Source of the DNA: Cyclobacteriaceae bacterium
Lineage (GTDB): Bacteria > Bacteroidota > Bacteroidia > Cytophagales > Cyclobacteriaceae
DNA: 64,000 bases
Assembly (NCBI GenBank): GCA_965267415.1
Contig: OZ253955.1
Coordinates: 3,390,902-3,454,901 of the forward strand
Reading direction: 5' to 3'
Part shown: piece after piece, positions 38,863 to 49,123 of the stretch
How positions within the stretch are numbered: position 1 is the stretch's first letter
Layout: every line of letters begins with the position of its first letter
Program-made: the position numbers and the translations under genes
Notes under the pieces: generated by a model
Database searches by the model: none
The model's input: only the letters and a program-made list of their open reading frames with translations
What the model was told of the DNA's origin: nothing

Positions 38863-40002
38863 ATGAATTTCAACTTCACAGAGGAACAATTAGCGGTAAG
38901 AGATGCAGCACGGGATTTTGCTCAAAAGGAACTATTGCCTGGAGTGATTGAAAGGGATGATAAGCAGCAGTTTCCTGCGGAGCAAGTAAAAATGTTGGGA
39001 GAACTAGGGTTCATGGGAATGATGGTTGATCCCAAGTATGGTGGAAGCGGAATGGATACTGTGTCTTACGTGCTTGCTATGGAGGAGATCTCGAAAGTTG
39101 ATGCATCGACATCCGTTTGTATGTCTGTGAATAACTCGCTGGTATGTTGGGGACTTGAGAAGTACGGGAATGAGGAGCAAAAGCAGAAGTATTTAACCCC
39201 TTTGGCCAAAGGTGAAAAAATTGGTGCGTTTTGCCTGTCAGAGCCGGAAGCTGGTTCTGATGCAACTTCTCAACGAACAATAGCGGAGGATAAAGGAGAC
39301 CACTACCTCTTAAACGGAACAAAGAATTGGATCACGAATGGAAATTCGGCATCTACTTACATCGTAATGGCGCAAACCGAGCCTGAGAAGAAACACAAGG
39401 GGATCAACACGTTGATCGTAGAGAAGGGAATGGAAGGCTTTACGGTAGGAAAGAAAGAAGATAAGCTGGGCATCAGGGGAAGTGATACACATTCGTTGAT
39501 GTTCCAGGATGTCAAAGTTCCAAAGGAGAATCGTATAGGAGATGAAGGCTTTGGCTTTTCATTTGCAATGAACACGCTGAATGGAGGCCGGATTGGTATC
39601 GCTTCGCAGGCGCTTGGTATTGCTTCCGGGGCGTTGGAGTTATCTCTTAATTATGCTAAGGAACGAAAGGCGTTTGGAGTTGAAATAGCAAAACACCAGG
39701 CTATTCAATTTAAACTCGCTGATATGGCCACTCAAGTGGATGCTGCCAGGCTACTATGTCTGAGAGCTGCTCAGAAAAAAGATGCTGGAGAAGACTTTTC
39801 ACAGGAGAGTGCCATGGCAAAACTGTTTGCTTCTGAGGTGGCCATGAAACACACCGTTGAGGCTGTTCAAATTCATGGGGGGTATGGGTTTGTCAAGGAA
39901 TTCCATGTAGAACGGCTCATGAGGGATGCCAAAATCACCCAAATCTACGAGGGTACCTCTGAGATCCAGCGGATCGTTATTTCCCGCGGTTTATTGAAAT
40001 AA
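38863..40002 (+). CDS. Acyl-CoA dehydrogenase (short/branched-chain type)
   Basis: FCLSEPEAGSDA, NGTKNWITN, KLGIRGS, GRIGIA, QIYEGTSEIQR. Confidence 0.95.
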   Translation: MNFNFTEEQLAVRDAARDFAQKELLPGVIERDDKQQFPAEQVKMLGELGFMGMMVDPKYGGSGMDTVSYVLAMEEISKVDASTSVCMSVNNSLVCWGLEKYGNEEQKQKYLTPLAKGEKIGAFCLSEPEAGSDATSQRTIAEDKGDHYLLNGTKNWITNGNSASTYIVMAQTEPEKKHKGINTLIVEKGMEGFTVGKKEDKLGIRGSDTHSLMFQDVKVPKENRIGDEGFGFSFAMNTLNGGRIGIASQALGIASGALELSLNYAKERKAFGVEIAKHQAIQFKLADMATQVDAARLLCLRAAQKKDAGEDFSQESAMAKLFASEVAMKHTVEAVQIHGGYGFVKEFHVERLMRDAKITQIYEGTSEIQRIVISRGLLK

Positions 40003-40117
40003 TCACATAAGGGCTTCTGGTTCTGAGCATGCCTTCATTAGGTTTTGTAACAGAATAGTATTAGTTTCGTCCAACTATATTCCTATTTATTGATAGAATT
40101 ACCAGCTTTAGTCATAT

Positions 40118-41032
40118 ATGGAAGACTATAACAAGATTATAGAATCCCTAGAGATCAGATTCGTCAAGGCTAAGAATATTAATATTTTACGGCCGATTAC
40201 CATTGAGAATAATTACGAGGTTGAAAATTTCCTGGTCCTTGTTACAGCGGGAGAGATAAAATATGGGAAAGACAAGGAGGTAGCAGGTGAAGGTGATGTG
40301 ATTTTTGTGCCCGGTGGCAAACCTGTTTCAATGACTTACGGATCAGGTAAATCTGTCAGTCTTTCCAAGGACGATTTCCTATCTAACAAAGATCAATACC
40401 TAAGGTCTTTCACGGATAATCCAACTGCAGATGAGCACTATAGCTATGTTGCATTTGATGCAAAGGCATTCGATTCAGTAAACTTCTTTGCTTCGTTGGA
40501 TATTCCTCCGTTTAAGATTGAAGAGAACTATAAACTGGCAGGCCTGATCCGTCAGATCAATGATGAGAACATGGGTAACATGCCTGGTAAGGACCGAATA
40601 GTTAAGGTTCTTACTGAATCCATGACCATAGAGCTAATTCGATACATACTCAACAATGGTTTGTTTGTAGAGAAACTGGCTACAAATAGTACCTATTTCA
40701 GAGACCCACGTCTGATCGATATTTTCACATTCATCAAAGAAAACCTGGCAGAAGATCTTTCAAACAAGGTTTTAGCTAATGTTGCCAATGTTTCGGAAGA
40801 TTACGTTGGGCAATATTTTAAGATGCTCACCGGGATCAACCCTCAGGACTACATCGAGTATCAGCGGATGGAAGCGGCAGTGAATTTGCTAAGAACCTCC
40901 AAGAAGAGCATTCGAGACATTGGTAAGGATGTAGGATACAAGGATACTGCTTACTTCTGCCGAAGGTTTAAGATGATGTTTGGTATCCCTGCCGGAAAGA
41001 TGCGACGCAGGGAGTCACTGATGAATGTCTAA
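40118..41032 (+). CDS. AraC family transcriptional regulator
   Basis: C-terminal dual HTH (LANVANVSEDYVGQYFK...IGKDVGYKDTAYFCRRFK). Confidence 0.92.
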   Translation: MEDYNKIIESLEIRFVKAKNINILRPITIENNYEVENFLVLVTAGEIKYGKDKEVAGEGDVIFVPGGKPVSMTYGSGKSVSLSKDDFLSNKDQYLRSFTDNPTADEHYSYVAFDAKAFDSVNFFASLDIPPFKIEENYKLAGLIRQINDENMGNMPGKDRIVKVLTESMTIELIRYILNNGLFVEKLATNSTYFRDPRLIDIFTFIKENLAEDLSNKVLANVANVSEDYVGQYFKMLTGINPQDYIEYQRMEAAVNLLRTSKKSIRDIGKDVGYKDTAYFCRRFKMMFGIPAGKMRRRESLMNV

Positions 41033-41385
41033 CTTTCTTCCTCAGTTTCTTGCTTGCTGCTACTTCTGTCGGCAGAAAAATCACTTAACAGCCTGTCTAA
41101 AAACTTTCCCAGGTAGGGTAATAAAAATACTATAAGTTTTTCCGCAATAACGCTGGATGCAGTCCTTACATACTTGGCTTTCTTAGGCTTTTCTTCATTC
41201 TCAGAATCTGAAACGGAACGATAAACCATGTAGATCATAAGTGTCGTGATACCTCCGACAATCGCCACCTTGCCAACACGGTTTGCCTTTGATTGCAAAT
41301 TGGATGACCGTCCAAGAAGTGTGCTCTTTAATTCGGCTTCCTTGGCAGCCAGTTCCTTGGTTCGTTCTTTAATCTTCCTGCTCAT
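41029..41385 (-). CDS. Hypothetical protein with coiled N-terminus and one TM segment
   Basis: Overlaps the upstream membrane gene by 17 nt (translational coupling). Confidence 0.7.
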   Translation of the reverse strand: MSRKIKERTKELAAKEAELKSTLLGRSSNLQSKANRVGKVAIVGGITTLMIYMVYRSVSDSENEEKPKKAKYVRTASSVIAEKLIVFLLPYLGKFLDRLLSDFSADRSSSKQETEEES

Positions 41386-41722
41386 CTTCGCTTTCGGCTA
41401 TGTTTAATAATAATTGCTCAAACCATCCCTGGACTTTTCCAGATCTCATCAATAAAAAAATAATGATCATTAAGAGAAGGTAACACCCAGCAACGATCAG
41501 GTATCCCAGAAATTGGCTTGCTAACACTTCGTTGAGATAAGTTGCTAGACTCATACTCAGGAAGAAAACCAGAAACACACCAATGACCAGCAGAAACATG
41601 AACACAAGGATGTGTGCCATGATTCGAGAAATGTGGGAGATTACCCTGAGCTTGAGCTGCTCCGTCTTGATCTGGATGTACTGAGTGATCTTTTCTACGA
41701 TATCCGATACCGAGTTCGCCAT
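41369..41722 (-). CDS. Phage-holin-like (YqjE / Phage_holin_3_6-type) two-TM membrane protein
   Basis: YIQIKTEQLKL, two TM segments, GYLIVAGCY; own -7 TAGATTTG just upstream. Confidence 0.72.
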   Translation of the reverse strand: MANSVSDIVEKITQYIQIKTEQLKLRVISHISRIMAHILVFMFLLVIGVFLVFFLSMSLATYLNEVLASQFLGYLIVAGCYLLLMIIIFLLMRSGKVQGWFEQLLLNIAESEDEQED

Positions 41723-41747
41723 TATTAGACTCTTAATTTACGCAAAT

Positions 41748-42911
41748 CTAATCCTCAGCCGAAATTTCCATCGAAACCTGATTGCTTTCCAGGCTGCTTG
41801 AAAAATAAATCAAGGCAAAAGGAATGAGGAAAAATGCCACGAGGATGTAAGCAAATCCTGCAATTCGCAACTGAAGGGTAAACGAACCAAGCTTCCTTGC
41901 AAGGAAAACGGGCAGGGAACGCAGAAACGGAATGAAAAGAAAAATCAGGACACCAATAAGGTTAAATAGCAGATGTACAATGGCCAGGTTGATTGCTGCT
42001 TCTGACTGGAAGGTTGCAGCAAGTAGGGCTGTAATTGTGGTTCCAATGTTAGCGCCTAGGATGAACTGAAAAGCTCTTTTCAATTTGACTTTACTTGTCG
42101 CTACTAATGGAACGATAAGTGATGTTGTTAATGAACTGGATTGAATAGCAGACGTCAATAATAGCCCCCATCCAAATGATAAAAATGTATTCTTAAATAC
42201 AGTGGTCTGAAAACGATCCCTGGCTCTTCCAATCAGAAGGTTGTAAATAAGCTTGGATAAGAACTTTATGCTATAGAACAAAAGGGAGAAAGCAAGGATG
42301 AGCGTAACAACTGCTCCAAGGTTGCTGATCAGCCAATTATTGAGCCCGTTGAATAGAGAGCCGAATCCAAGTCCCGATGTTCCAACAGTTTCAACAGAGC
42401 TTACTCCAATCCAGGAAGTTATCGTCATGCTTGCCCGTTCCAAAATATGATAAGCTGACTCCAGTGGAAAAAGGATCAGCACCATCAGAATATTGAAGAA
42501 GTCATGGACCGTTCCTGCAGAAACTGCTTTACGAAACTCACCTGATTTAGTGATATAACCCATCGCCACAATCGTACTTGTGAGCGTAGTGCCAATATTT
42601 GCCCCCAATATGATCGGAATAGCTCCTTGAAGACTTAATGTTCCGGAGGCAACAGCAGCTACAGCAATTGTAGTAGTAGTGGAACTGCTTTGCAGAATTG
42701 CAGTGGATAGTAATCCAATGAACAGGCCAATAAACGGATTTCGGGTTGCACTGATAGCATAATCAGCAAAATCACGACCCAATGAAGTGATCGAACCGCC
42801 TATAAGTTGGATTGAAAATAGAAAAGTAAAGACAGAAAGCCCGATCGCGATCGCATTTACATACGCAGGGTAGTTATTCTTTGTCTGGCTGCTTAAGTCG
42901 TTAACTGTCAC
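41748..42911 (-). CDS. Na/Pi cotransporter family protein
   Basis: Two repeats QSSSTTT...GANIGTT and QSSSLTT...GANIGTT; -7 TAGCTTTG at 42937-44. Confidence 0.92.
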   Translation of the reverse strand: MTVNDLSSQTKNNYPAYVNAIAIGLSVFTFLFSIQLIGGSITSLGRDFADYAISATRNPFIGLFIGLLSTAILQSSSTTTTIAVAAVASGTLSLQGAIPIILGANIGTTLTSTIVAMGYITKSGEFRKAVSAGTVHDFFNILMVLILFPLESAYHILERASMTITSWIGVSSVETVGTSGLGFGSLFNGLNNWLISNLGAVVTLILAFSLLFYSIKFLSKLIYNLLIGRARDRFQTTVFKNTFLSFGWGLLLTSAIQSSSLTTSLIVPLVATSKVKLKRAFQFILGANIGTTITALLAATFQSEAAINLAIVHLLFNLIGVLIFLFIPFLRSLPVFLARKLGSFTLQLRIAGFAYILVAFFLIPFALIYFSSSLESNQVSMEISAED

Positions 42912-43078
42912 TTACTTTGAGTGTGAAAGAAAGCGCAAAGCTATAAGAATAAGCCAGACTGTTACGATTGAATTCATGAAACAATTGTTATGAATTACCA
43001 CTAGTAGGACTGCACCAGTGTTAACGAAAACTTAACATTGCTACCTATAATTATTGATAGTTTTGCTGGGCCTGTAAT

Positions 43079-44089
43079 ATGGGGCTTGCACTAGGAATGG
43101 GAGAAATAGAAATAGTAATGTATCTCGGGTTTTTCCTCGCAGCATACTCTGTGGTTGGAAACGATGTGATACAGACACTGGGAACATTCCTAAGTTCGAA
43201 TGAACATCGGCCTTGGTGGTTGTTAGGGTTATTCACCGCTTCTATACTTACTATAACACTTATTTACGGATGGCAGCTCAATGAAGGAGATGTTTCCTAT
43301 GGCAGGTTGATAGGTGATCCTGACGAAAACAGCTTTGAGAATCCAAAATACAAGAGCCCGTACGACACTGAAGGGTTTGGGTGGCCTTATTTACTTCCAC
43401 CACTGATCCTGCTTATTGTTACGCGGGTTGGTATACCGGTAAGTACTTCATTCATGATACTTACCTTTTTTAACCCGAGGAATCTTTATGACATGGTGGT
43501 TAAATCCATGTCCGGTTATGTAGTCGCTCTCTTTTCAGCAATCATCCTTTACTGGCTTATTGCACGTCCGATGGAGAAAAAATTTGCTGAAACGAGCCCG
43601 ACAAACTCCGAAATCAGAGGTTGGACCATTGCACAGTGGTGTTCGACAGGATTCTTATGGACACAATGGTTGATCCAGGATTTTGCGAACATTTATGTTT
43701 ACCTGCCCCGTCAAATTAGTTTATCAACACTGGTCATAACAATTGCTGTTTTCTGGGCGTTGATCGGCTACATCTTTTATTCAAAAGGAGGGGCTATTCA
43801 GTCAATTGTAAAAGCCAAAACGAATACACAGGATATCCGGTCTGCAACGATCATCGACCTGACCTTTGCAGTTATACTCCTCTTCTTCAAAGAGCTAAAT
43901 AACATTCCGATGAGTACTACCTGGGTCTTCCTGGGATTGCTTGCCGGAAGAGAATTGGGGATCAAATATTTTGCTTACAAAGAAGTGCCAATGGGTACGC
44001 TTAAAGACCTGGGAAGAGATCTTGCCAAGGTGTTTTTTGGCTTAGGAGTAAGTGTAGCGCTAGTTTTTCTCCTAAAGGCACTCGTCTAG
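43079..44089 (+). CDS. Membrane protein, divergent PiT/PHO4-like transporter candidate
   Basis: GNDVIQTLG...GIPVSTS and QDFANI...IPMSTTW resemble the duplicated PiT signatures; -7 TAGTTTTG at 43058-65. Confidence 0.65.
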   Translation: MGLALGMGEIEIVMYLGFFLAAYSVVGNDVIQTLGTFLSSNEHRPWWLLGLFTASILTITLIYGWQLNEGDVSYGRLIGDPDENSFENPKYKSPYDTEGFGWPYLLPPLILLIVTRVGIPVSTSFMILTFFNPRNLYDMVVKSMSGYVVALFSAIILYWLIARPMEKKFAETSPTNSEIRGWTIAQWCSTGFLWTQWLIQDFANIYVYLPRQISLSTLVITIAVFWALIGYIFYSKGGAIQSIVKAKTNTQDIRSATIIDLTFAVILLFFKELNNIPMSTTWVFLGLLAGRELGIKYFAYKEVPMGTLKDLGRDLAKVFFGLGVSVALVFLLKALV

Positions 44090-45276
44090 GAGTTGAGTTC
44101 ATTGATTGCCAGATAAGCCATTAGCCCCATTCCTGTTTTGAGTGCATTTTCATCAATATCGAAAGTAGGAGTGTGCACACCTGAGGTTATTCCCTCAGTT
44201 TCATTGCGTATTCCAAGCCGGTAAAAACAAGCATCTACATGGTGACTGTAACTGGCAAAATCTTCAGCTGCCATCCATAAGTCCAATTCCTCAACGTTCT
44301 CCTTGCCGAGATAGTCATTTGCAGCTTCAATATTGCGCTCCGTATATTCATCCTCATTTACCAGAAAAGGATACCCTGCAGCAAATTCCACTTCACAAGT
44401 AGCTCCCATGCTTTCCGATATACTCGTAGCAATGCTTTTGATCTTTTCTAGTGCACGCTTTCTCCAGTCTTCGTCAAAAGTTCTTAAAGTTCCTTCAAAT
44501 CGTACTTCGTCGGGGATCACATTATTTACACTGCCACCCTGGATCTTGCCAAAAGAGAGTACAGTCGGGATCTTTGGGTTAGCGGATCGACTAACTATTT
44601 GCTGGAGTGCTACGATTATCTGACTAGAGATAGCAATAGGGTCAATGAAGTTTTCAGGCATGGCGGCATGTCCACCTTTTCCTTTTACAGTAATGTAGAC
44701 CTCATCCGCACTGGCCATATACTTGCCTTTTCTGAATCCCACTTTCCCAACATCAATCAAAGGCATAACATGTTGCCCGAGAATGGCTGAAGGTCTGGGA
44801 TCTTCTAACACACCTTCCTTTATCATCAAGGAAGCACCACCAGGTGATTTTTCCTCTCCCGGCTGGAAAATGAATTTGATGGTTCCTGACCATTCACTCT
44901 TGAGCTCATTGAGAATTCGTGCGGCACCTAGTAGACTTGAAGTATGTACATCATGTCCGCAAGCATGCATTACCCCGTCATTTTGGGATTTGTAAGAAAT
45001 ATCATTGGCCTCCTGAATTGGAAGTGCATCAATGTCTGCCCGCAATGCGATGGTTTTGCCTTTACCATTTCCTTCCAAATTGAATGTTATTCCAGTTCCA
45101 GCCATCCTTTGAGTAGAGGTAATACCAAAAGAAGCCAGGGTCTTTTCAATGAAAGAAGCTGTTTCAAACTCTTCGAAAGAAAGCTCCGGATGAGAATGCA
45201 GGTGCCTTCTGATATCCCTAATGGAGTTGTAATGGGCTTCAGCCAGGGACTTTACTTTCGTGACTAACTCACTCAT
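44086..45276 (-). CDS. M20D family amidohydrolase
   Basis: HSHPELSFEE, RADIDALP, MHACGHD, QPGEE, AEDFA, HTPTF. Confidence 0.93.
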   Translation of the reverse strand: MSELVTKVKSLAEAHYNSIRDIRRHLHSHPELSFEEFETASFIEKTLASFGITSTQRMAGTGITFNLEGNGKGKTIALRADIDALPIQEANDISYKSQNDGVMHACGHDVHTSSLLGAARILNELKSEWSGTIKFIFQPGEEKSPGGASLMIKEGVLEDPRPSAILGQHVMPLIDVGKVGFRKGKYMASADEVYITVKGKGGHAAMPENFIDPIAISSQIIVALQQIVSRSANPKIPTVLSFGKIQGGSVNNVIPDEVRFEGTLRTFDEDWRKRALEKIKSIATSISESMGATCEVEFAAGYPFLVNEDEYTERNIEAANDYLGKENVEELDLWMAAEDFASYSHHVDACFYRLGIRNETEGITSGVHTPTFDIDENALKTGMGLMAYLAINELNS

Positions 45277-45754
45277 AGATCATGGTGAATCGTTCAGGGA
45301 TCAGAAGTGCTCGTGGGAATTCTTCTTTCACCTGTTCGAAGATCCGATGAGCTCTCAAACGATCTGTGAATCGTCCGGCCTTTACCTTAAAGTTGGGTTG
45401 ATGATAGGATATTTTTGGTTCCAGTTCAGGGAAGTAGTCCTCCATTTGTCTGCGAATGGTATTAGCCTGGTCCCTGCTGTTGCCAGTATATACCTGGATG
45501 ACAAATCCATTGACCACTTTCCCTTCCCGATTTTGAGCAATACTTATTCTGACAATACTGTCAAGCTCTTGCTTAATGTGTCCTTCAAGCGGGACAAACG
45601 TTACTGTCTCTGTGGGTATGGTGTCTATGCTGACCGGGACTTCCATGGCTGGCCTGTGGATGCTCAGATCTTCAGAATAGGTGGCTGTAGCTACCGGTTG
45701 GGTAGTCTTACAGCTCGCCAAAAGAATCAATATGATCAGTCCACAATAACGCAT
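45269..45754 (-). CDS. SPOR domain lipoprotein
   Basis: Lipobox LASC; GFVIQVYTG...PNFKVKAGRF C-terminal SPOR-like fold. Confidence 0.85.
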   Translation of the reverse strand: MRYCGLIILILLASCKTTQPVATATYSEDLSIHRPAMEVPVSIDTIPTETVTFVPLEGHIKQELDSIVRISIAQNREGKVVNGFVIQVYTGNSRDQANTIRRQMEDYFPELEPKISYHQPNFKVKAGRFTDRLRAHRIFEQVKEEFPRALLIPERFTMIYE

Positions 45755-48700
45755 TTGTTGTTTTTGATGTCGTCTTCTACTGTTTTGAACTTCACATCTT
45801 TCTTCACCGAACCATCGGCATACTGAACATTAACCCGTTGATTCCTGCTTGCAATTTTTTGTGTTTGGACTGGTTGTGCCTTCTGAACAGGAGGTCTGTT
45901 TCCTGCAGGGGCTGCCAATGCTGAGCGACTCTCTTCTTTCTGCTCATTATAATTCCTTGCGGTTCGTTGATTTTGAGCCGCCTGAACATCATCGGCTTCA
46001 TTAACAGGAATTTCCGCTTTCATCAGGAACGAAATGGTCTCCTCATTTACCCGACCAATGAACCCTTTGAACATCTCGAATCCTTCGAACTTATAGATCA
46101 ACAATGGATCTTTTTGTTCGTAGACTGCATTTCGCACAGATTGTCGCAGATCATCCATGTCACGCAGGTGTTCTTTCCAAAGCTGATCGATGGTTGCAAG
46201 CGCAATCATCTTTTCCATCTCCAGGATCACTTCATCGCCTTCGGTTTCCACAGCTTTCTCCAGGTTTACCCCGGTTCCGATTTGTTTCTTTCCGTCTGTA
46301 AATGGAACGAGTATATTTTCCAGCGTTGCACCTCGTGTTTGGTGAAGCTGTTTTAGAATAGGCAGAGCCTTTTCTTTGATCAGGTTGTTCTTTGCTTTGT
46401 AGTTGTCCATCGCCTGATCATATAAATGTTGTATAAGCGATGGCTCATCGGTTTTTTCAAACTCTTCTTGCGTGAGCTGGTAGTCCAGACCAAGGACAGA
46501 GATAGCATTTAGCTTGAGGCTGTCAAGATCACTTTGACCTTTGGCATTTAGAACCAGGTCCTCGCACGTCTCATAAAGCATGTTAAGGATGTCAAGCTCT
46601 AATCTGTCACCATAAAGTGCATTTTTCCTTCTCTTGTAGATGACCTCTCGCTGGCTGTTCATCACATCATCGTACTCAAGTAGGTTTTTACGAACGGCGA
46701 AGTTGTTCTCTTCAACCTTTTTCTGTGCTCGTTCGATTGACTTAGTGATCATTGAGTGCTGGATCACTTCCCCTTCCTGAAGACCCAGACGGTCCATGAT
46801 CTTTGCTACCCTATCCGACATGAACAATCGCATGAGATTGTCTTCAAGAGAGACGTAAAACTGGGAAGACCCAGGGTCTCCTTGCCGTCCTGATCTACCT
46901 CTTAATTGCCTGTCTACCCTTCTCGATTCATGCCTTTCCGTACCGATGATGGCTAGTCCACCAGCATCAATCACCTCCTGGGTGAGCTTGATATCGGTTC
47001 CTCGTCCTGCCATGTTGGTAGCGATCGTTACTGTGCCCGGCTTTCCAGCCTCAGCAACTACATCTGCCTCCTTCGCATGCTGCTTGGCATTCAATACCTG
47101 GTGGTTGATGTTCTTGATCTTCAACATCCGGCTTAGCAATTCTGAGATCTCAACGGAAGTAGTTCCTACAAGAACAGGACGCCCTTGCTTCGTGAGCTCT
47201 ACTACTTCATCAGCTACAGCGTTAAATTTTTCACGCATGGTCTTGTAGACCTTGTCATTTTCATCCTTTCGCTGTATTGGTCGGTTGGTTGGAATTACCA
47301 CCACATCAAGTTTATAGATGTCCCAAAATTCACCAGCTTCCGTTTCAGCAGTACCGGTCATCCCGGCAAGTTTGTGATACATCCGGAAGTAATTCTGCAA
47401 CGTAATGGTTGCATAGGTCTGTGTGGCATCTTCGACCTTTACATTCTCCTTGGCTTCTATTGCCTGGTGCAAACCGTCTGAGTAGCGTCGGCCTTCCATG
47501 ATCCTTCCCGTCTGCTCATCAACGATCTTTACCTTGCCATCCATCACGACATACTCCGTATCTTTTTCATACATGCAGTACGCTTTAAGAAGCTGGTTTA
47601 CTGAGTGGATACGTTGACCCTTAACATTGTAGTCCCGAATGATCTCTTCTTTCTTTTGAAGCTTATCTGATTCGGATAACTCCTCATCTTTCTCAAGCTT
47701 GGCGATCTCATCTCCGATATCCGGAAGGATAAAGAAGTTTGGATCTTCCCCATCACCTGTGATCAGGTCAATACCTTTTTCTGTGAGGTCAATGCTGTTA
47801 ATTTTTTCATCTATGGTGAAGTAGAGTGGTTCATCCGCTTCTGGCATTCTTTTTTGATTATCTGCCAGATAGATGTTCTCAGTTTTTTGGAGCATTTGCT
47901 TAACTCCAGTTTCACTCATGAATTTGATCAAAGGCTTGTATTTGGGTAGTCCCCGAAATGCTCTGAATAGGGGGAGTCCCGCTTCTCCATCATTCCCATT
48001 ATTGTTGAATTTCTTTGCCTCATTGAGGTAATCACCAATCAACTTTCGTTGCGCGTCAACCAATCGTTGGATCCGTGGTTTTAGATCGTAAAATTCATGT
48101 TCATCCCCCTTTGGAATCGGACCTGAAATGATGAGCGGAGTACGGGCATCATCCACTAGTACAGAATCCACTTCATCAACCATGGCGTAGTGATGTTTAC
48201 GTTGCACCAGCTCTTCCGGGCTTCTCGACATGTTATCTCTCAGATAGTCGAACCCAAACTCATTGTTGGTTCCGTAAGTGATGTCTGCCAAATAGGCATT
48301 TCTCCTTTCAGTAGAATTAGGCTGGTGATTGTCGATACAGTCGATTCGGAAGCCGTGGAATTCAAATAATGGTGCATTCCACTCCGCATCTCTTTTTGCC
48401 AGGTAGTCATTCACGGTAACCACATGGACTCCACGCTCTGCCAACGCATTAAGATATGCCGGAAGCGTAGCGACCAATGTCTTTCCTTCACCAGTAGCCA
48501 TTTCTGCAATCTTACCTTGATGTAAAACCACCCCACCAATCAATTGTACATCGTAGTGGACCATGTTCCACACTACTTCATTGCCCGCTGCAATCCATTT
48601 GTTATGCCAGGTAGCAGTTTCACCACTGACTTCCACATTTGATTTTCTGGCCGCCAATTCCTTATCATAGTGCGATGCACTTACGACAAGTTTTTCATTC

Positions 48701-49083
48701 TCGGCAAACCGTCTGGCTGTTTCCTTAACTACCGCAAAACCCTGTGGCAAGATGTCGATCAGTACCTTTTCTAACTCTTCATTACGTTGCTCTTCAAGCT
48801 TATCTATTTCACTAAAAATGCTCTCCTTCTCGCTAACATCAAGGTCCCTATTTTCATCTACTTGTTTGTGTAGAGCTTCTATTTCGTCATCTATCGACTT
48901 TAGCTTCTCTCGAATTATGTTTTTTAGTTCTTCCGTTCTGCCCCGTAGGTCGTCATCGGAGATGTTTCTAAGCTTTTCGTATTCCGCATTGATCAATGCT
49001 ACATAGGGAGTGAGTTCTTTCAAGTCCCTTTCAGTCTTCGTGCCAAAGATCTTGGCTACTCCCTTCGTAATCGAGTTTAGCAT
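45736..49083 (-). CDS. secA: Preprotein translocase subunit SecA (long Bacteroidota type)
   Basis: MATGEGKT, DEVDSVLVDDARTPL, TIATNMAGRGTDI, QLRGRSGRQGDPG. Confidence 0.98.
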   Translation of the reverse strand: MLNSITKGVAKIFGTKTERDLKELTPYVALINAEYEKLRNISDDDLRGRTEELKNIIREKLKSIDDEIEALHKQVDENRDLDVSEKESIFSEIDKLEEQRNEELEKVLIDILPQGFAVVKETARRFAENEKLVVSASHYDKELAARKSNVEVSGETATWHNKWIAAGNEVVWNMVHYDVQLIGGVVLHQGKIAEMATGEGKTLVATLPAYLNALAERGVHVVTVNDYLAKRDAEWNAPLFEFHGFRIDCIDNHQPNSTERRNAYLADITYGTNNEFGFDYLRDNMSRSPEELVQRKHHYAMVDEVDSVLVDDARTPLIISGPIPKGDEHEFYDLKPRIQRLVDAQRKLIGDYLNEAKKFNNNGNDGEAGLPLFRAFRGLPKYKPLIKFMSETGVKQMLQKTENIYLADNQKRMPEADEPLYFTIDEKINSIDLTEKGIDLITGDGEDPNFFILPDIGDEIAKLEKDEELSESDKLQKKEEIIRDYNVKGQRIHSVNQLLKAYCMYEKDTEYVVMDGKVKIVDEQTGRIMEGRRYSDGLHQAIEAKENVKVEDATQTYATITLQNYFRMYHKLAGMTGTAETEAGEFWDIYKLDVVVIPTNRPIQRKDENDKVYKTMREKFNAVADEVVELTKQGRPVLVGTTSVEISELLSRMLKIKNINHQVLNAKQHAKEADVVAEAGKPGTVTIATNMAGRGTDIKLTQEVIDAGGLAIIGTERHESRRVDRQLRGRSGRQGDPGSSQFYVSLEDNLMRLFMSDRVAKIMDRLGLQEGEVIQHSMITKSIERAQKKVEENNFAVRKNLLEYDDVMNSQREVIYKRRKNALYGDRLELDILNMLYETCEDLVLNAKGQSDLDSLKLNAISVLGLDYQLTQEEFEKTDEPSLIQHLYDQAMDNYKAKNNLIKEKALPILKQLHQTRGATLENILVPFTDGKKQIGTGVNLEKAVETEGDEVILEMEKMIALATIDQLWKEHLRDMDDLRQSVRNAVYEQKDPLLIYKFEGFEMFKGFIGRVNEETISFLMKAEIPVNEADDVQAAQNQRTARNYNEQKEESRSALAAPAGNRPPVQKAQPVQTQKIASRNQRVNVQYADGSVKKDVKFKTVEDDIKNNKCVIVD

Positions 49084-49123
49084 TTAAAGAATGATTTAAG
49101 CGTTAAAGTTATAATGGATTCTA

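Noticed and set aside
41369-41722. Prophage lysis cassette suggested by the holin-like protein
   Set aside because: No endolysin, structural or integrase genes in the vicinity.
45260-45826. 188-aa plus-strand ORF
   Set aside because: Antisense shadow of the SPOR lipoprotein gene.
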